The notes under the pieces are model-generated. The model saw only the letters and a program-made list of their open reading frames with translations. It had not been told where the DNA came from and ran no database searches. DNA of 64,000 nucleotides from the NCBI RefSeq assembly GCF_009914755.1, contig NC_060935.1, one strand, 5' to 3'. Origin of the DNA: the human T2T-CHM13v2.0 reference genome, Homo sapiens. Shown piece after piece: positions 54,957 to 64,000 of this stretch; the stretch's first letter is position 1; each line of letters starts with the position of its first letter. A program made the position numbers and the translations under genes.

Positions 54957-55739
54957 TCAAAGTACCTTTTGAAGAGGCTGTGTTAGGGAAGGCTGACAGG
55001 TTGTGGGAAAGGAGGATGAGGGGCAGGGGTCTCCTGTGCCTGGCTGACCTTGCCCCTGCCCTGATCCATTTGGCTCTTCGAGGCGTTCAGTCCTTTGCGC
55101 ACCAAAGATGGGGCAAAGTGAGCAGATGGCTGGTACCCTAGGAACCAGGCCCCTTCCTGCTCTTGGAGCCAGGGAGGCTGGCTCTGCTGGCTCCACTGAG
55201 CTGCCTTCCCCCAAGGAGTGCGCCCTTAGCGACCACTGATGCTGCATTTGCTGTTTGCTGTCTCTCTACTTCTTTCCCTCTCTTCAGAGCTGTTCAGGCT
55301 TGGCAAGCAGCAGGGGCTCAGAAACCAAATTAACAGGTAAAATTCCCATTCTCTGCCTGTTACTCGCCTGGCTGAGCTGCAAAGTCTGCAACATAACAGG
55401 AATTGGGAGTGAGGAGGGGGCGGGGGAAGGGAGCCAGTGTCAACAGGACTCAATTGAGAGAAAGAGAGAGCACCAGACTCATGATGTGGGAAGAGGCCAG
55501 CGGCACCCAGGGAAGCAATCATTGGGGTACCCCCATTCCCCCTCTTTCTTCGGAGCTGCCTCCTGGAGTCTGTGGTTCTCTTGACGCCACATGGCCCATG
55601 AGTGGCACAAGGTGACAAAGGAAGACAGCAGTGAGCTTTGCCTAGGGGAGGTCTCTAACCGTGGGGCTCCCCCCACCCCCCTGGCCCTGTCTCTTCAGCT
55701 GTACTCAGGTCCCTTTGGTGATCAGGAGGCAGGTGCTGG

Positions 55740-55940
55740 GGCCCAGCAGTCAGGCAGAACTGAGTTCAAGTCCAAGTGCAGCCATGTAGGCGTTGCAAGT
55801 GACCTTGGGCAAATTCTCTCTCTGAGCCTCCATTTCTTCATCTTTAAAATGGGAGAACACATCTCTTAGCTGGGTTGTTGGTTTTGAGATCAGGAGGGAA
55901 AGTGCATTGTGCAGCACCTGCTTGTGGTAAGCTCTTACAT
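55740..55940 (+). mobile_element. MIR
   Basis: gtgaccttgggcaaatt...ctctgagcctccatttcttcatctttaaaatggg. Confidence 0.85.
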
Positions 55941-56081
55941 TAGAGGCTACGGGTGGCAGCAGGGGGCAGGGGGGCAGTGGTGACAGTCAAAGTGATCTTT
56001 GTTGATTCCTGTCTCAGGTTTGACTCCTGTTGGGCGTTGAGTCCCGTGCCAGGAGGGACTGTGTCTGTCTCCTTTGTGAGC

Positions 56082-56527
56082 TCCCTGTGTTTTAGGTGGG
56101 GGTCCCTAAAAGCAGGACCTGAGTGAGGATGGTTATCCAGGTGAACTAGTGAAGGAGGATTCTCAGGAGAGCTCTGCAAACCAGCAAGGGAAGCAGAAGG
56201 CAGAAGAAGTAGCTAAGCAAGGGTGAGGTTTAAGAGCAGGCTAGCCTCAGCCTGGTCTCTGGGGCATGAATGGCCTCTCAGACATTGCCCCCAACAGAGG
56301 CAAGGGGGCTGGACTGTTATAGCCCCATGTCAGCCTGTCAGTGGCTACGGGCTAGGCCTGGGGGTGCAGATGGGGGTGTGGCCTCCCAGGGATCTCTGAG
56401 CAAGGTGGCTTCACAGCCAACAGCAGTTCCCCTGGAGAAGGTTGCAGCCCGTGGCACTGCTGCAGTTGGGATGGGTGTCCCGTCCAGGAAAGGGGACCAG
56501 GGCCCAGCACCCAAAGCAACCTGCACA
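56082..56527 (-). mobile_element. old ERVL LTR (LTR33/LTR16-type)
   Basis: ttaggtgggggtccctaaaagcaggacctgag...ctaagcaagggtg...gcctcagcctg...gaggcaagggggctgg; subfamily uncertain. Confidence 0.65.
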
Positions 56528-57379
56528 CCCTGAAAGCCCTCAGTCTAGGATGATGAGGAAAGCACAGGCCATGGCACCTGGCAGACTTTGGTGTGATGCC
56601 CCTTCTGCCACTTCACAGAATCAGTGACCTCCCTGGGTCTCAGTTTAATGACCCCTCCCACATAGGGCCCACAGGGTTTGCTTGAGGACACATCAGATGC
56701 CACAGCTCATTGGCCAAGCACACAGTAGGCCATGAGCATCAGTTGGGTGGGGGGCATCCGACTTGTTGCTTTCCCCATAAATAGGGAGACCGTCCCAGGA
56801 TGGGGTCTCTCCTGACTGGCCTGGCCCAAGCAAGTGCCTTCCCTTAAGGGTGAGAGATGGACTACATGACCCCTAATAACCCCTGTCCCCAGGACCAACA
56901 GAGAAGAAGGCCATTGTTCTCGGCTCCCTTCCTCCAGAAATGAGAAACACAGCTGAAGCCGCTCCTGCTCCCCAGGGCCCGCCAAGTCCTGGAATTTCAC
57001 CAGGGGTGTTTGTCCCCGACATGGCTGATTTATTCCTATTGTTATTCCTGCATATCGAGTGATATGTTCATACATTCTGCTTAGAAAAAAGGACACATTT
57101 CAGGTGGGGTTAGAACCCCTCCTGCCACCATTTGCCAAGAGAACCGATGACAATTCCGTGTCCTTGTGTGGTTGGGGTGTGGTCAGGAAAGTTCTCCTTT
57201 AGGGTGAGGCTGCCAGGGTTTGGGAGGGACTCGCATGATCCCAGTGAGGACAAGGGTGAAGGCCAGGCACTTCCCAAGGTCCCCGCTGGCCGGAGGATGG
57301 CACAGAGGGGTGCATAAGCTGCCTGGCTTGGGTTTTTCCAGAAAAACCCTTCAATGTGGATGGAATGATCATTGTAATA

Positions 57380-57570
57380 ATAATAATAGTTTCCACTTAC
57401 TGAGCCTTACTCTGCCCCAGATAATAGCAATGGGCCTTCTCCTTGCATCTTCTCATTGAACTCTGCACATGAGACATATCTCCATCTTACAGATGAGAAG
57501 GCAGAGGTTCAGGTTCACATAAGATATCTAAGGTCACATAGTAAGTGATGAGACCAGGGTTCAAATTCAG
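57380..57570 (-). mobile_element. MIR
   Basis: ccatcttacagatgagaag...aaggtcacatagtaagtga. Confidence 0.78.
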
Positions 57571-59029
57571 CCCCACTCACCCAGGAAGTGGGGTGCAGGA
57601 GACCCTGACGCTTGTCCCAGTCGGTGCCAGCTGGCCTTATCCCAGGTACAGGTCATTTCACTCCCCTGGCTCAGGCTCCCTAGATTCCTCCTCACCTCAC
57701 CTTTACCCATCTGTGGGCACTTAGCCCTCTGCCTTCCACTCCAGGGTTGAAGATGGTGGAATACCTCTGTCTCCTTACAGAAAGGAGAATGTAGAAGCCC
57801 AGAGAGGGCACTTGATCTGCTCCAGGACACACAGCAACACCATCCCAGGGCTGTGGCTAGAACAACGGTTTCCTCCCTCTTGGTCAGCGTTATTAACCTG
57901 TTGACCTTTCTGCTTTAATCCAACCCCAGACTTGGCCATGCTGCACGTGTATGTGGGGATGTGAGTGCGTGGAGAGAAGAGGGAAGCTCCTCTCCTTGGT
58001 CACGTTCATCACACACAGCCTGAGCAGTGGGCCAGCGGGGAATCTCTGGGGACTGGCCGGCTCTGAGTGGAAGCTGCTTCCGGCGTCACCTGCCCCTTCC
58101 TACAGCTCCCTGGATGTCACACTTCCCACTTCCTAGCGGGGCTAGCCCGGCATCCCCTGACCACCCAGAGGTTGCCCTCTAAGGCCTGTGTACTTTCTTT
58201 GTGGTCTGGCCTCTGGCTGAACAGGGGGTTTTATACAAATCCGTGGAGACAGAAATAGATCAATGCTCCCTGGAAATGTCTCCATCAGCTTCTGGAGAGT
58301 GGACTTCAGAGTTCCAAAGATCAAGGTTTGAACATCAGACAAGGGGGAAAAACAAAACCCAGGACCTAGAGTGGTCCCTGTTGCCCCTGCCATGAATTTC
58401 CTCTGGGTCTCTGTTAGCCCAGGTACTCTTGTCACCCCCCCCCCCCAACGGCTGGGTCCCTGTCTACCTCCCTCCTCTCTCTTCTCATACATCTGCCAAA
58501 GCACAGCCCGCCTGCTGCTTTCTACACCTGCCGTGCAAATGGAGGCCCTGCGCTGTTGCCTTGGCTGTGTCCTCTGCTTAGAGCACCTTTCTTCCTCATC
58601 TCCAAAACCCATTGCAGCTAAGCCACCCATCCAGGTGCTACTTTCTCCATCTTCAACAGCGCTGTTATCCATTCATTCAGTGCCCAGGTATGACATGCCA
58701 TTCCAGACCCTGGGAATACAACAGTGGTTCAGAACATTCCCCAGCCTCTGTCTTTTCAGCTATTTGGGAACACATCGCTAACTCAGCCTCACTGCAGAGA
58801 CAGTGCCAGAATTTCTGTGCCCTCCCCCAATGCCTGACATAGTGAGTTATACAGTAGGCACTTAATGAGTGTCTGCTGGCTGAATGAATGAATGATGAAT
58901 ATCACTTACTGCCTTCTATTGTAATGTCTCTGCAGGGATTTCACCACCCATTGGTCGAGTACTGTATGCCATGTTCAGCTCTAGGCACCAAGTTTCTGTG
59001 TTCCCAGGGTTTATTCTTCTTGTTTATAA

Positions 59030-59285
59030 TAACAACAAAATAGCTAACATTGGCCCTTCTTTTGTGCCAGGCCCTGATTAAAGAGGCCTTGGTGAAGAGG
59101 CAGTGGCAATGTTACATGTGCAATGTTACACGTAGTAACAACACTATCAGTAGGAACTCTGATTATCCCCATTTTACAAATAAGAATTGAGGCCCAGAGA
59201 AGTTAAGGCATTTTCCCCAAGTCACACAGCTGGTCAGAAGTAGAGACAGGACTCCAACACCAGCACTCTGACTCCAGAACTCAGC
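59030..59285 (-). mobile_element. MIR
   Basis: attatccccattttacaaataagaattgaggcccagagaagttaag...gtcacacagctgg. Confidence 0.85.
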
Positions 59286-59899
59286 CTCTTATGTTTATTG
59301 AGTGACTGAATGAATGACTCATGTTGCTACTTGATATGTTGGCTTCTGAAAGAGTTAATTCACACTCAGGAGTGGCCTCAGGGGCCTTCTTTGTGCAAAC
59401 ATGTACATACCATGCATACATGCACATGTGTGTGCCCCCCTTGGCTCTCTCTCCAGTGTGTGCCACCTGTGCTGGAGTCTATTGTCCTGTCCCTGATTCT
59501 TGCCTCTCAAGTGGACCATCCACTGGCCCTGCATCTGAGGGTCCTTATATAGTCTCTTTGCTCAGCCAGACATGGGGGTTACTATGCCCAAAAGGATCAA
59601 TTGTTCCTAAATGCAGGGAGGATGTTTGTCAGGGGAAGGGGAAAGGAACCAAGATGGTCTGCAAATGAACTGTGACAGATAAACCTCACCTCCCAGGAGA
59701 CTCTTGGGAAATATGCAAGCTTATAAAAATGCTCCGGGCCATTCCAACTTGGAAGGCACAGACGCATCTAATATCTACCAAAACATCCATTCATGTGATC
59801 AATTGCTCACTGCTTCATCAAAAGCTCAAGTGTTCGTGCTATACTAACGCCCTAAGAAATGAAGGAGGGACTTGGGCATTGGTAGTCTTCCAGGGCCTA

Positions 59900-60260
59900 A
59901 AACAGCAGGTGGGGAAGTTAGACCTTGGTGAAGAGGCAATGGTGAGCTATAGAAGGTTTTTGAGCAGGAGAGGGACATGGTCCAAGCTTCATTCCTGAAG
60001 ATCTGTCTTCCTGCCTGGTGGAGGATGGAATGGAGGGGCAGCAGAGAGACTGTGGAGGTTATAGCTGGGGACTGGGTGAGAGGGGATGAAAGCTTGGGTT
60101 AGGGACGTAGAGTCCATGGAGTGGGTGGGGAGAAGGGAGGGGCCTCATTGAGGAGATGTTTCCAGGTAGATGGGACTGAGTTGTTTTGGGAAGGGAGAGA
60201 GAGTGGAATTCGAAGGCCCATAAGTCTGGGAGACTGAATGACTGGAAGCATTCCTGGAGG
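59900..60260 (-). mobile_element. L2 fragment
   Basis: gaaggtttttgagcaggagagggacatggtc. Confidence 0.7.
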
Positions 60261-60274
60261 GGCCATTTCTGGGA

Positions 60275-60500
60275 CAATAATAACTGTAATTGCTATATAG
60301 GCCTTCCTCTGTGTCAGGTACTGTGCTTTATGGCTTTTGCTGTATTAAATACTCACAAGAATCCCCTCAGGTGATAACTGCCATCGTCTCCATCTTACAC
60401 TTGGGGAAACTGAGGCACAGTTACCTTGACAGAGATTACCCAGCCAATAACTGGTAGAGCCAGGATTCCACTCCAGGCAGCTGCCTGCAGAGCTTCTGCT
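60275..60500 (-). mobile_element. MIR
   Basis: ggggaaactgaggcacag...ggtagagccaggattcca. Confidence 0.8.
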
Positions 60501-60709
60501 GGTAACCCCCGCCCCATGCACCTCTCCATCCACAGGCCTGCAGGAGCCTGTCTTTATTTCTGGAGTGGACGTGCATTTCCAAGAGGAAGCACTGAGAGGA
60601 GAGGACCAGGGCTTCACTTGGAAACTGACCGGAGTGCAGAAGCAGCACCTCGGGGAGGAGGCCGCAGCCCTCTGGGCCTCCCGGTTCTGTGTGGTGGGGA
60701 CATCAGCCC

Positions 60710-60950
60710 AGAAGATTAATGAGAGGGCAGGGGAGGGAGGAAAGGAAGGAAAGGAAGGAAGAAAAATTGCTGCCCATTATACCTGTCCTTTGGCAAGGCC
60801 GGGTAATTAGCAAACCCTCGGCAATAAAATATTTCGTTTTGGTGTAATTGCAAAGTAATTATGTGGTATGGGTTGTGTATTAATCGTATTGATTAATTAC
60901 ACTCAGGTAGTAATTAAACATCTGCTTGATAATCGTGTGCAGCCTGAGGC
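60710..60950. promoter_or_regulatory. candidate conserved non-coding element / homeodomain-rich enhancer
   Basis: nine TAAT/ATTA sites including four TAATTA in about 220 bp; repeat-free; retained CpGs; function inferred only. Confidence 0.5.
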
Positions 60951-62329
60951 TGAACATTTATACACATACACACATGCCTGTGCCACATGCAGAGCTCCTT
61001 GGTCTCTGCTCATTGGGGCAGGGGGTGGGGGGGGGGGGTTTGTGTGCGTGTGATGTGGGTGTGTTTGACAGAGCCTGGCTGAGTTAGAGACCTCTCCCTC
61101 CCCCACCATACAATGAGCACTTTGTTCCCCAGCCTCACCTGGAACACCGGGAGGAACTGACCTAGGACTGGGGCTGTGCCACCCTGCAGTCCCTCTCAGA
61201 ACAGAACATGAGGCTCAGGTGTCCCCTGTCTGGCAGGGCTGCCAGGCCAAGCCAGGTTGGCACGGGGCTCAAGTGCTCCATACGTGGCAATGTGCTGTCA
61301 TGTCTTAGAACTCACTGCAAACTTTGCCACCAGTCCCCTCCTGCACCCTCTTAGACTGTGTTCGGCTTTGAGTGTCCTTTCTTGGGCAGATTCCTTTCCC
61401 CAGCAGCTGGGAGAAAGTTCTTACTTATTGTAGGAACCACTTGGGCTGAGGCCCCGGTACCAGCACAGCACACCCATTAGGACTGGATTTAATAACCTGA
61501 TCCTGGACACTGTGGGGACCAAAGCAGGATGCTGACCTGTGTGCAGGAGCCCTGTTTCTCACCTGGATCCTACCGTTGCTGTGTGATCTTGAGCAAGTCA
61601 CTCCCCTTCTCTGTCTCTCTGCTTCCTGGTCTATAAAACAAAGAAAAACTGAGCTTGGAGGCCTCCAAGGGCCTTTCCAGTGCTGCTGTACTCAGATTCT
61701 AATTTGGTTTGTACTAATTAGGAATCGGAGACAATTTAAATTCAATACATATGATACTTAGTGAGTAAACAATTGGAAATAATTCCTTCCTTTATGACTT
61801 CCCAACGACTCACTCATGAGCAATGAGAACCCAGCTAAAATCAATAGCTTTTATTTTTCAGACAGAGAAATTGCAGATTCCTTGAACTGCTGGGCATTGC
61901 AATTCATTGTTGTATTTTAAAATTTTATGTTTATGTTTATGGACTGCCATTAGATAATATGGATTCATCCTGAAGGTTTTTTTTTTCATTAACTTAACTC
62001 ATTTTACTTATTAGTTCACATTTATAGCGTGGGTTTAATAAGCACACTGTGCAAAAGTCATAAAATACCCTTTTTCTTTAACAATATTTTAAAATCAAGA
62101 CTCTTTTCTGAGTCATCTCAGGTTTATTTGCTCATAACTTGCTTCTCCTGTGATTTGAGGCCTAGCACAGCCAACTCTAGCCTGTTATTTGACCTTGAGC
62201 TTCAGTGTCTTTATTTGTAATAGGGGAAAGGTATCACTAGTTAATAAAAGTAATAAATTTTAAAAAGCAAGCATTCGACAATCACTATATTCAAAGTGGT
62301 TCTGATCTATAAGGTGGTTGAATCTCACA

Positions 62330-62470
62330 TTTCTGAAATGGCTTTATTTTTTTTTCCCACTTTATAGGGGAGGGAACTGAGGCCCAGAGAGGTTAAATGA
62401 CTTGCCTGAGGCCACACAGTTGGTGACAGTGGCAGAGCTGGGATGCAAACACAAGTCTGTATGAGTCAAG
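62330..62470 (-). mobile_element. MIR
   Basis: actgaggcccagagaggttaaatgacttgcctgaggccacacag. Confidence 0.88.
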
Positions 62471-62503
62471 CTGACACCTCAAATTAACCCTCACAGTATC
62501 TAA

Positions 62504-63540
<1,037 letters not shown>

Positions 63541-63904
63541 TTGCTCATGGTCTCCAGGAAACAGAACTCCCTGTCTTCTCTGTTGAAATCAAGACCAGCC
63601 CCACGCAAATTTCGGGAAATACTTGTCCAAGTTCTACCTACTTTCAACAGCTCTTCCTCCCTCCCTCCCTCCCTACACACTTCCCTCTGTCTTCCTAGAA
63701 TTGTCACATTTCTTCTTGATCAGTGACTCAAACAAAACTGTTTTCCTCTCTTCTTCCATAAAACTTACCTGTCCTGGGTGCCATTTACTTGGTTTACTGC
63801 TGCGTAAATGGCCTTCTGGTTTCTGGCAAATTAATTCCAGCTGTGATGTTCATCGTGGATAATGGTGAAGAAAACGAGATACCCAGGGGCTGCACAACAC
63901 TCTG

Positions 63905-63985
63905 TTTTTGAGCCTGAGGATTTTGTAGATGAGGAAACTGAGGCCCAGAGGTGGGGAAAGAGGGACTTAGGTAAAGGAATCTGCT
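63905..63985 (-). mobile_element. MIR
   Basis: ttttgtagatgaggaaactgaggcccagag. Confidence 0.8.
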
Positions 63986-64000
63986 GAATTCTCAGTCAAG

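Noticed and set aside
58142-58781. Overlapping 176-aa and 136-aa ORFs (likewise 7399-7869, 23235-23732, 37965-38468, 41560-42054)
   Set aside because: No recognisable domain or exon structure; such lengths occur by chance in GC-rich DNA when alternative starts are allowed.

Overview
This 64 kb window is primate, most likely human, non-coding euchromatin (intronic or intergenic), inferred from the co-occurrence of AluJ/AluS, THE1, MST and MER11 elements. I find no supportable host protein-coding gene, RNA gene, CRISPR array or CpG island, and I cannot name the locus. Much of it is interspersed repeat: about 14 Alu-family elements (most with readable target-site duplications), dozens of MIR and L2 relics, old L1M 3' ends, solo LTRs (MER11, MER50-like, MSTB-like, THE1C-like, MLT1/MLT2, LTR33-like), hAT-Charlie relics and a near full-length Tigger1. 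The only ORF resembling a real protein family (43233-43754) is a Tigger1 transposase remnant; the others are Alu-derived or chance ORFs. The best leads are: (1) a perfect 28-bp inverted repeat (29321-29382) inside an ancient MLT1 LTR, lying between two solo LTRs that both point at it; (2) repeat-free islands rich in TAAT homeodomain motifs (about 26.1-26.7, 40.8 and 60.7-60.95 kb) that resemble developmental enhancers; (3) a nested THE1C-in-MLT1D unit with two perfect DUX4-type motifs. Repeat subfamily names come from my recollection of consensus sequences, and boundaries of old repeats are approximate. The sequence alone does not demonstrate a new biological system; the leads are hypotheses.
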